From the NCBI GenBank assembly GCA_038244085.1, contig JBBRTX010000004.1:163179-195178 (forward strand): a stretch of 32,000 nucleotides of DNA. Reading direction: 5' to 3'. A program made the translations under genes and the position numbers. This DNA is from Bacteroidales bacterium. Lineage in GTDB: Bacteria > Bacteroidota > Bacteroidia > Bacteroidales > FEN-979. Positions 18,725 through 28,700 of this stretch are shown in pieces. Within the stretch, counting starts at the first letter, position 1; every line of letters starts with the position of its first letter. Under the pieces are notes generated by a model that saw only the letters and a program-made list of their open reading frames with translations, had not been told where the DNA came from and ran no database searches.

Positions 18725-20602
18725 ATGCAAAAAAAGTTGTTATTGGTCGATGATGATTCTTACTTGTCAGGTGTGCTTAAGCGTTCACTTGAAAAGGAAG
18801 GTTTTGTTGTTGAATTGGCCGCTTCCGGTGAAGAAGCAATGAAAGTCCTCACTGAAACCCGGATAAACCTTATTTTAATGGATATTGAACTGGGGTCAGG
18901 GATGGATGGCATTGAATCGGCCAGGAAGATCCTGAGCAAAGAAATAATACCGGTTATTTTCCTTTCTTCCCATACCGAACGACGTTATGTTGATAAGGCA
19001 GGTGAGGTTTCTTCGTATGGGTATGTAGTAAAAGACAGTGGTATACCGGTTTTGATTGCTTCCATCCGAATGGCATTTCGTTTACATGAAGCCTATTGTG
19101 AACTAAAAGTAAAAGAAGAAGAGGTCAGGGAAAAGGAACGGATTCTTGCCGAATCGCAGAAAATCGCCAGACTGGGCAGTTTTACGCTTAACATGCGAAC
19201 CGGAATTTGGAAAAGTTCGGTTGTGCTGAATGAAATTTTTGGAATTGATCAGGATTTTCAGCGGACCATCGATGGCTGGCTGGCCATTATCCCTGAAGAT
19301 TCCAGACAAGGCGTACATGGGGATTTTTATAATTGTGTTAAAAACAAGTCACGATTTGACCGGGAATACAGAATCATCCGGCCGAAAGACGGAAAAGAAA
19401 GGTGTGTACATTCATTGGGTGCCTTTGACCAGGCTGACGGTAATATGATGATCGGAACTGTTCTGGATATAACCGAAAGAAAAAGAGCGGAAAAAGCAAT
19501 CAGCGAAAGCGAAACAAAATACAGAACCCTTTTGAATGCTTCACCGGAGGGGATCATTGTCATGGATCTAAAGGGTAAGATCACAGATGTATCTACCATT
19601 GCGCTTGAGTTATTCGAGAAGAAGAATTTTAGTGAGCTGACAGGGAAAACACTGTATGATCTCGTTGATGGCGAAGAGGTTAAGCGGTTAAAGGATATAC
19701 TAAAGACAACGCTTGCGGAAGGGCTTATTCAGAATGTTGAAATAATGCTGAATCGGAATGTCGCCTCAAAATTCCCGGCTGAGATCAGTACAACCCTTAT
19801 CCAGGAGAGCGATGGGAAACCCAGGGCTTTCATGGCGATCATCCGGGATATCTCCGAACGAAAGAAAATGGAGCAACAGATGATCCACTCCGAAAGGATG
19901 ATCAGCCTGGGCGAAATGGCTGCAGGGATTGCACATGAGATCAATCAGCCCCTGAATAATATTTCCTTATCGCTGGAAAACATACTGTTTAATTTAAACA
20001 CGGGCGAGGAGATCAATAAAAAGTATCTTCAGTCCAAATCAAAAAACATCTTCGACGGAATCACACGAATCGAGAACATCATTGACTACATAAGGGCCTA
20101 TTCCAGGCGGCAGGATGATTTCATTTCAGCTCCCTTCGATCTGAATGCAAGTATCCGGTTTGCCGTGATGCTGGTTTCCGAGCAACTCGGAAATAAAGGC
20201 ATTGAGCTGGAAATGGATCTGTATCCCGAGCCAATCATCATTGCCGGAAACACCTTCAAATTTGAACAGGTGATCCTTAATCTCATGGTTAACGCAAAGG
20301 ATGCCATCGAAGAAAGAGCTAAAACGGCAAAACCATCATTCGGGAAGTATATCAGGGTAAGATCATGGCAGAAAGATCAATATTTCCTGACCCAGATCAG
20401 CGATTCAGGGGTAGGCATTAAACCAGAAGATATGGATAAGATCATGCTTCCTTTTTATACCACCAAGGAGTTGGGGAAAGGGACCGGGCTGGGGTTACCG
20501 CTTTCCTACAAAATTATCAATGAGATGAAGGGGGAAATACATATTGAAAGCAAGGTTATGGAAGGTACAACCATAAAGATTAAAATACCCATAAATTGTT
20601 AG
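18725..20602 (+). CDS. Hybrid sensor histidine kinase: N-terminal receiver + two PAS domains + HisKA/HATPase_c
   Basis: Start set at ATG 18725 (MQKKLLLVDDD). REC motifs include LILMDIELG. Two PAS-like segments end in DITERK and DISERK. H-box AAGIAHEINQPL, N-box NLMVNAKDAI, G-boxes DSGVGI and GTGLGL. No TM helices, so it is cytoplasmic. Confidence 0.85.
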   Translation: MQKKLLLVDDDSYLSGVLKRSLEKEGFVVELAASGEEAMKVLTETRINLILMDIELGSGMDGIESARKILSKEIIPVIFLSSHTERRYVDKAGEVSSYGYVVKDSGIPVLIASIRMAFRLHEAYCELKVKEEEVREKERILAESQKIARLGSFTLNMRTGIWKSSVVLNEIFGIDQDFQRTIDGWLAIIPEDSRQGVHGDFYNCVKNKSRFDREYRIIRPKDGKERCVHSLGAFDQADGNMMIGTVLDITERKRAEKAISESETKYRTLLNASPEGIIVMDLKGKITDVSTIALELFEKKNFSELTGKTLYDLVDGEEVKRLKDILKTTLAEGLIQNVEIMLNRNVASKFPAEISTTLIQESDGKPRAFMAIIRDISERKKMEQQMIHSERMISLGEMAAGIAHEINQPLNNISLSLENILFNLNTGEEINKKYLQSKSKNIFDGITRIENIIDYIRAYSRRQDDFISAPFDLNASIRFAVMLVSEQLGNKGIELEMDLYPEPIIIAGNTFKFEQVILNLMVNAKDAIEERAKTAKPSFGKYIRVRSWQKDQYFLTQISDSGVGIKPEDMDKIMLPFYTTKELGKGTGLGLPLSYKIINEMKGEIHIESKVMEGTTIKIKIPINC

Positions 20603-20619
20603 GACTTAAAGCAAAAACC

Positions 20620-22038
20620 ATGAATATCAATGGAGGAAACCCTCAGTCGGGCAGAGATAAACTGTCTGTGCTGATTCTGGATGATGAAAAGATTTTTACA
20701 TCAGAACTTCGCGAATTTCTTGAAAAGAAAGGATTTACAGCGGTTGAGGCCAACCTTCCGGACGAAGGGCTGAAGATCCTGAAAAAAGAGACGACGGATC
20801 TGCTGATCCTGGATGTAAGGTTGCCAGGGATCAGCGGGCTCGATATCCTGAAAGAGGTAAAAAAAGAATACACGGACCTTGAAGTCATCATTGTATCTGC
20901 CCATGGTGATATGGATACGGTCATCAAGGCGATGCAGGCCGGGGCGATCGATTATCTCCGGAAGCCATTTCGCCATCTTGATATCCAGATGGCCATCGAG
21001 CGTACACAGAAATATCTTCTGCTTCAGCGGAAGCTGAAGAATGCGGAAGAACGTTCGTCCCTGATCTCAAAGAACCTGGTGGACCAGATCGATCGTGAGT
21101 TTATCGGCGTAAGCCGGAAAATCCTGGATGTGCTGGAACTTGCCATGACCACGGCCCGGTTTCCCGATACCAATGTACTAATTACCGGTGAAAGTGGAAC
21201 CGGGAAGGAGAACATCGCACGGATCATCCATTATTCAAGTGCAAGAAAAGATCATCTCCTTTGGGCGGTCAACAGCAGTGCAATCACTGATTCACTGCTG
21301 GAAAGTGAGTTCTTCGGACATAAAAAAGGCTCCTTTACCGGTGCCATCAATGACAAAAAAGGTTTTTTCGAGATTTGTGACAAGGGGACGCTGTTTATGG
21401 ATGAGATTGCCGATATGCCGGCAAATCTTCAGGCGAAGGTTTTACGGGCCATTGAGGAAAAACAGATTACCAGGGTAGGGGATACCCACCCTGTAAAGAC
21501 TGATTTCCGTATTATTTCGGCCACCAATCATAACCTGGATGAACTGGTAATCAGCGGGAGATTCAGGCTTGATCTGATTCACCGACTGAATACAATTCAC
21601 ATTCATATTCCGTCGCTCAGGGAACGACCCGATGATATCGAGCCACTCCTGAATCACTTCATCAAGTACTTTTCTGTTCGTTTTAATAAGCTATTACCTG
21701 AAATTGACCGGAATATCATCAAGGTTCTTGAAAAATATGAGTTCCCGGGAAATATCAGGGAACTGAAAAATATGGCGGAAAGAGCCGTCATTCTCTGTAA
21801 GAACAATAAACTGACGTTGGCAGATTTCCCGGTTAAAGAGGAAAATCATTTATCGGTAGCGGTGGAAGGCCAGCCCGCTGCTTCCCTCGATCAAAACGAG
21901 AAGGAGTTTATCCTGCAGATGCTCGAAAAGCACAATTACCACCAGATTGATACTGCCGAAGCGCTCTCTGTCACTCGCCAGACTCTCATCCGAAAGATGA
22001 AGAAGTTTGACATCACGATCCGGAAAAAAGCAGAATAA
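20620..22038 (+). CDS. Sigma54-dependent response regulator (NtrC family: REC + AAA+ sigma54-interaction domain + Fis-type HTH)
   Basis: Start set at ATG 20620 (MNINGG...). LILDDE...LLILDVRLPG receiver. Walker A GESGTGKE. GSFTGA variant of the GAFTGA sigma54-contact loop. Walker B LFMDEI. C-terminal HTH ...EALSVTRQTLIRKMKKF. Confidence 0.9.
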   Translation: MNINGGNPQSGRDKLSVLILDDEKIFTSELREFLEKKGFTAVEANLPDEGLKILKKETTDLLILDVRLPGISGLDILKEVKKEYTDLEVIIVSAHGDMDTVIKAMQAGAIDYLRKPFRHLDIQMAIERTQKYLLLQRKLKNAEERSSLISKNLVDQIDREFIGVSRKILDVLELAMTTARFPDTNVLITGESGTGKENIARIIHYSSARKDHLLWAVNSSAITDSLLESEFFGHKKGSFTGAINDKKGFFEICDKGTLFMDEIADMPANLQAKVLRAIEEKQITRVGDTHPVKTDFRIISATNHNLDELVISGRFRLDLIHRLNTIHIHIPSLRERPDDIEPLLNHFIKYFSVRFNKLLPEIDRNIIKVLEKYEFPGNIRELKNMAERAVILCKNNKLTLADFPVKEENHLSVAVEGQPAASLDQNEKEFILQMLEKHNYHQIDTAEALSVTRQTLIRKMKKFDITIRKKAE

Positions 22039-22157
22039 TTCGAATCAAAAGCGGACATAAGTACGTTCAATTCCGTACAACCTACCCTAACAGGGAATTT
22101 TGTCATTCATTCAAGTGTCTGTTGATCAGTATTTTGTGATACAATGTTGACGTTGGT

Positions 22158-22406
22158 ATGCCTTTTGAGTTAGGGAAGGCCATGCATGAATCCATTCCAC
22201 CGGGAAATCCGGAAGATGAAGCCGGTCTGCGGCTCGATGAGCAGATCCTTGAATACATCAAACAACACCAGGAAGGCGTTCGGATTACCACCATGGAGCA
22301 GAAGTTCAGGGAAAGCCGTATGCGCATCGGGTTTATCACAAAAAGGCTTTTAAATGAAGGCAAAATCCTGAGAATCCAGGACGATTTTTATCCCCCCGAA
22401 GATTAA
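22158..22406 (+). CDS. Small acidic hypothetical protein (82 aa), possible winged-helix fold
   Basis: Intact ORF between the sigma54 regulator and the giant gene. LDEQILEYIKQHQEGVRITTMEQKFRESRMRIGFITKRLLNEGKILRI has the helix-turn-helix-wing spacing seen in small wHTH proteins. No diagnostic motif, so the coding status is itself uncertain. Confidence 0.4.
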   Translation: MPFELGKAMHESIPPGNPEDEAGLRLDEQILEYIKQHQEGVRITTMEQKFRESRMRIGFITKRLLNEGKILRIQDDFYPPED

Positions 22407-22424
22407 TAATTTCCCAATCGTTTC

Positions 22425-22524
22425 TGTTACATTTTTTCGTACAAAAGTACGGTATTGTTACGTTTTTTTCTCCCCATATTTTCATTCTCATATATGTAAC
22501 AACAAGCAGATCAGTCTGTAACAA
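22425..22524 (+). promoter_or_regulatory. Composite repeat array: TGTTAC(A/G)TTTTTT direct repeats flanking a CGTAC-AAAA-GTACG palindrome, then two inverted TGTAACAA copies. Candidate enhancer (UAS).
   Basis: Elements in order: TGTTACATTTTTT at 22425-22437; CGTACAAAAGTACG at 22438-22451; TGTTACGTTTTTT at 22456-22468 (12 of 13 identical, 31 bp apart); TGTAACAA at 22495-22502 and 22517-22524 (22 bp apart, reverse complement of TTGTTACA). All lie 15-115 bp upstream of the -24/-12-like element. Confidence 0.35.
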
Positions 22525-22538
22525 ACTTGTTTTGTTCT

Positions 22539-22553
22539 TGGCTCATGTTTTGA
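22539..22553 (+). promoter_or_regulatory. Candidate sigma54 -24/-12 promoter element (TGGCTC-ATGTT-TTGA)
   Basis: Matches TGGCAC-N5-TTGC at the GG and the TTG with correct 10-nt GG-to-G spacing. It has A instead of the highly conserved C of the -12 GC. Located 162 nt upstream of the giant-gene ATG and next to a sigma54 activator gene. Confidence 0.25.
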
Positions 22554-22714
22554 ATAGGATAGAAGCATGGGGATTTATATTTTCAGATAATACTTCGGAT
22601 CCATGATGATTTTTTTCCGACGGAGGAATAAGGGAATCACCTATGATGAAAATCATTGAATAAGATATAAAGATTTAAGAATCAATAATAACCAATTTAA
22701 ACCAAAAAACCAGA

Positions 22715-22777
22715 ATGATGAAACAGCTATTTACCCTGCTCATTGCATTATTTACATTATGCAGTGTTGCCTTTTCG
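22715..22777 (+). other. Sec signal peptide of the giant protein (aa 1-21)
   Basis: Lys at position 3, a hydrophobic core LFTLLIALFTL, and AFS-A as a likely signal peptidase I site. Confidence 0.7.
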
Positions 22778-25700
22778 GCGAATTATCATGTTACATTGTA
22801 CAGCGCCGATGCTACACCTGTTGGAGGAATTGCGACATCCTCACCATCCCCCCAAATCCTTGGAACAGGATCATGGCAAAATAACCAAGCCGCCAGTAAA
22901 ATGGAGTTATATCTTCCATTAACGGCATTAGGTTCATTTACTATTGATGACATTGTCAGCCTAAAGTTTTCAACCCAAAAGACGACACCAATCCCGGCAT
23001 CACCAGACCTTGATTTTTTCTGGAGTATCTATACTATGCCCTACACTGGTGGATTTGCAACATGGTATGGACAAAAACTTACTTCAGAACCCATGTATTA
23101 CAACGGGTACGTTTCACTCTATAATGCATGGTCAACATACCAGACAGGTGGAACCTCAAACCAGATGACCTTTTTTGATTCAAATCACTCGCCAATTGGG
23201 TATAACAATGCACCCACTCTTGTTGATATTCAGGCTGGTCTTGTAAATTTTAATTATACAGCTCCTTATTGGACTTCAGGTACCGGTATTGATTATGGCG
23301 CTCAAACTGTAAAATATATTTCTATTGCTACTGGAGGTGCATGGAATAGTGCTATGTTATCATATCTTGATAACATTATTATTACCCTGACTAACGGAAA
23401 TACACTTACTATTGATTTAGAAAATGGTTATCCTAATCCGATCACTACCATTCAAGCACCGATTTCTCTTTCCTGTGGCACCTATGATGTACCTGTAACG
23501 GTTAAGGATTTTTCAGCAATTGGCGCAATCTCTCTTAATTTGAATTATGATCCTTTGGTTTTTGACTACCAGGGAGTTACGCTTAATCCGGCCATTGCCA
23601 CTGCGACCTATCAAAATCTTTCTGGAGTTTTCACACTTGGTCAATTCATATCACCTGAACCTGTGACCCTTCCTGACAATGCTGTTTTATTTACCTTGCA
23701 TTTGAATTTGAAACCCGCTATTTCCGGGGCAGCTACTAATTTCACCTGGAGTACGGTTTCCGGACAATGCGAATACGCAGGTCCTGGCGGAACACCAACA
23801 TATGTCAGCAGTTTCGTTGACCGTTCATGGCCAATTCCTGTAAGGCCTGTTAAAAATACAGATACAGGATTGGAATATTGTACGATCCAGGCGGCGATTG
23901 ATGCAGCTTCAGCAGGCAATACTATTACAGTGGCTGCGGGGACTTATGCTGAAAATCTAACAATTAATAAATCTTTAATTATTCTCGGGCCAAATGCAGC
24001 CAGCGATGGTTGTGGCTCACGCATAGCTGAAGCAATCATCGTTCCTGCTACGAATAGTCCGGCAGACTGGAGTTCACAGTTAGTATTATTAACTGCCAGT
24101 AATATTACTATCAAGGGGTTGACATTTGATGGAGACAACCCACTACTTAATGGTGCTGGAGACTATAATGTTAGCCAAGGAATTGTTGGTTCCACGGGAC
24201 AAGCTAATATCGTGATTGAGAATAACATTCTTAAAAATATGACTTCAGCAGCTGTGTATTTATGTGACGATGCAACGACCTCAAGTACAAGTGGCAATAT
24301 TATCAATAAAAATAAAATTGATAATATAAGCCCTACTGCAGGTTTTGGTATTGGAGTTTATACAGGCAACAACACTTATGTTGACATTACCAATAACTGT
24401 ATGACCAATGTCCGCAAAGGGATTCAGGGTGGTGAAAACAACCATAAAGCCAATGCCGGTAATATTAGCCCTGTATGGTCAGGCAACACAATTCAGTCGT
24501 ACAAAATTGGCATCTGGAATAATTTAGCTTATAGTTTAGCTACTCCGGTTACCATTACTGGTAATACCGTAACGACTGTTTCTGGTTCAACTATCAATAG
24601 TGGTATTGAAATTAGTTCAATACAAGGAACAAGTTCTGTAAATGTTTACGGCAATACGGTAACCGGTGCAATGGCAGGGATAAACCTTTGGAGCAATACT
24701 ACAACTGGTCCTTTAGCCATAGGAGCTAATACTTTTATAGATTGCAGCTATGGCGTATTTGCCAATAACTATGATGGATATAGTTCAAATGCCAATTCAA
24801 GTTCTTACATTATTAATGGAGGAACCATTACCAATCCATTATTGGCAGCAGTTTATGTAAAAGATAATTTACTTAATAGCAACGGTGCAACTGTAGCTGT
24901 TAATATTGCCGGAACAAGTATCTCAGGAACGGCAAGCGGTATGAAAGCTTTCCTGGTTGAAGGCGGCAGTGCATCTTTAAGTTTTTCAGGCGCTCAACCA
25001 CAAGCTACTATTGTAGGAGCACCCAAATATATTGTACTTCAGAGTAACACTTTAGATGTTCCAGCAGGAAATATCGATGCAACGCTGGTAATGCTGGATA
25101 CAAAGTACGGTTCGACAATGGATCTTCCGACGCTGTTTGCAGCGGAAGATAGAATCGATCATAAAATCGATAATGCTGCTCTTGGGTTTGTAACAGTAAA
25201 AGCCAATAACGATTATGTAACTGTAAATAGTTTTGTGGCGCCCAATACTACTCCGCTTATTCAGCGCGGTATTGATGTAGCTTCGACAGGTTGGACAGTG
25301 AATGTGGCTGAAGGAACTTACAATAAAGTTGTTAATATAAACAAGGCCAATTTAACTTTAAAAGGCATTGGCCCTAACAAACCATTAATTATTCCTGATG
25401 GTACAGATGCTCCACAAACAGATGGCCGTAGGGTTGGTATTTATATAAATGAGGTTGATGGTGTAACTATCGACAATTTTGAAGTTGATGGTACCAATAG
25501 CACAATCCTTCAGTACGGTATCTACGGTTTTAATACCTATTCAACTACAGTAAAGAATTGTAAAGTTCATGATATTGGTGCTATTGACAATTCAACAGGA
25601 ATTGGAATTTTGTATTTTGGTTATGATCATGATATAAAAAATGCGATAATTGATGATAATATTGTGTATAATACCGGAAGACAGGGTATTATAGTCAATG

Positions 25701-28700
25701 CAATGAATGAAACCCCATTTAATTGGTTATTAAATGATAATAATAAAATACGTAATAATACAGTTCATGACTGTTGGAAAACTGGTAATAATGGTGCTTC
25801 AGTCCAGATAATTGGGGCTTTAAATTCGGAAATTTCTGGCAACACTGTTTATAATACATTCAATCGTAACATGACTTATGGTATCTCTATCATGGGATCA
25901 GCCGGAATTAACAATTCTATTACCGGTAATATCTTGTATAATAATGATAGGGCCATTTTTATTGAATCAATTTACAATTCAGTTTTATGGGGAAGCAATG
26001 CAGCAGCTTCGCCAAGGATCGTATCCAACAGTATTATTGGTTCAATTTATAACCTAAATAATGCAAATAATTTACTTTTGGATGCTTCCTGCAACTGGTG
26101 GGGAACAAATACGGTTAGCGGCGTTTCGTCGCTGATATCTGGTCTGGTTAATTACACTCCCTGGCTGATTGATGGCACCGATATGGGTAATCCTGGTTTC
26201 GTACCCGGTGGTTCATGCTCAGGTGCAACCGACCTCTTTGTGAACGATGGTACCCTCAATGTCAATGACATATATACTACAGCTATAGGTAACGATGCCA
26301 ATCCGGGAACACATTCAGCTCCATTTTTAACTATTGGTAAAGCTGTTTCAACAGCCGTTGCCGGAACCAAAATATGGGTGGATGCAGGAACTTTCCAGGA
26401 ACAGATTTCTGTTGGTAAGACTGTAGATATTACTGGTGTGGACAGGACGAAAACGATTGTGAAAGCACCTACAACTTTATTCGGATTTATAAATGCCAAC
26501 GGCACTTCTTATGCAATTATTTATGCCAATGGTAATACAAATACCATCAATATTGATAAAATCCTTGTTGATGGTGACAATGGAAGGCCAGATGCTACCT
26601 TTACAGGAGTTCATTATTTTGCTGCAAATGGAGCATTCACAAATTCCAGAATTACAGCAATCAGGAATAATCCTTTCAGCGGAGTCCAGGGAGGGACAGC
26701 TTTCACTGCCAATCATCAATGGGATATTTCAGTTCTCCAAACGGTAACAGTTGATAATAACATCATTGACGATTACCAGAAGGCCGGCATAGTGATTAAT
26801 GAACTCAACACTCAGGGTATTATTACTAACAATACGGTAACTGGTCAGAATATTCCTTTGGTAACTGGTCAGAACGGGATTCAGCTCGCATATGGTGCAT
26901 ATGGAACCATTACCGGTAACATTGTTACAAACAACATCTGGAATAAGGTTGAGCATCCGCATGTGTGGACTGCTTCAGGGATTTTACTCGTAGGTGTAGG
27001 CATAGATTATCATAATGCTGCCACAGGCAAACTGACAGTTGTTGACGGAAATAATCTTAATGGAAATGAGGTCGGGCTTTTTGTTGCAGGAGATAATACA
27101 TTCGGTTATACTTCAAATGCAGGTTTAACTATTAATCCAAATACATTTAGCAATAACAAGATTCATGTTTCAATGAATAGTCCTTCAATTGTTCCTTCTG
27201 CTCCCGTTAGCTACGATAAACGTGTTGATAATCCTGATCAAACCAATATTGTATTTGGTTGCATCCAGTATGCGATTGATGAAGCAAGCACGGGAAACAC
27301 CCTGAATGCCAGTGCAGGAACATTCATTGAGAATGTTAACGTTCATACTGCGGTTAGCATCCTTGGCCCGAATGCGGCCATTAACCCGAACACAGGTGCT
27401 CGTGGACCTGAAGCCTATGTAAAACCTGCAGCCACTGATGTAAGCAACGGAATCGTTTTTATCGTCCAGAAGAGTAATACCATCATTAAGGGATTTACTA
27501 TTGATGGCGACAATCCTGGCCTTTCGGGCGGAACCAACGTATTTGGTATTGACGTCAATGCAAGGGGAGGTATCTGCAATGGTTTGTTTAACGGACCTTA
27601 CAGCCAGGTGGATAATCTACGGTTTGAGAACAATATTTTCAAGGATTTTATTTCTGATGGAATTTATATCGAAAATTCCTTCGGTGCCAACTATTCCTGG
27701 AATTACCTTGTGAACAATCAGTTTGATAAAATGCGGGAAGGGGTTCAAACCTATGCTCTTCATGCTGACATTTCCGGTAACTTCATGACCCATGTCAACC
27801 GTGGTATCAGTATTCACGGTACTAATACTGCCTGCGATGATGGATTTGTTCCTAAAATCAATAACAATGATATTACATTGTCCTGGCAGTGGGTTCATCC
27901 GTCATTATCTGGAAACAGGGCGATCGGGATCTGGGTGAATTATCGCCGACAAAATGCTGCTGATCTGATTGTAAACACTAATATAATACGCTTTCCCGAA
28001 GCAATATCGGGAGGTATTTCAGCCTGGGGTATTTATTCAATAACCATGGATGATAATCGTAAGGTTACTTATACCGGTAATTCCGTAATTGGTGCTGGTA
28101 ATTGTAATATTGGTTATTATACCTCGGCGGTTTCCAGTCCAAATGTAAAGGTTACCGGCGGTTCACTTTCGGGTATTAAAGATTACGGAGTACTTGCAAC
28201 TACGAATGACCCAGTCTGGGGTGCAGGTGATGCAAGTGTTACGCTTGACAATGTCAACATCAGCGTTGCAGCCGGTGGAATTGGTGTAAAAGCCTATATG
28301 GATCCTGCCGCTTCTTCAAATGTTGCCGTCGTAAATGTAACCAACAATTGTGATATCACTGGTGGAACTACCGGTATCCTTGCCGAAGGAGTCCATGCTT
28401 CAGTATCAGTAACTAACAATGTCACGACCATTACGGGTAACCAGGTTGGTATTCTTATCAAAAATGGAGGTAACCTTCTTTCCTGTAATAATAACACGAT
28501 AACCAATAATACAGTTGGTGGGATTATCATTGAATCCACCGCAGGTACCATTGGCATTATAAGCGATAATACGATCAGCGGGAATGGCCCTGCTCCTCAC
28601 GGACTGGGTGTCAGCAATGCAAAGTCTTCTTCTGTAAACGCTATAAACAACTGGTGGGGTGATGCCACAGGTCCCTATAATGACCCGAACAATACCTGCG

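Noticed and set aside
22154-22168. Second TGG-N10-GA element (TGGTATGCCTTTTGA) as an independent sigma54 promoter
   Set aside because: It overlaps the ATG of the small ORF, so transcription from it would truncate that ORF. It is kept only as a caveat or comparison in the finding at 22539-22553.
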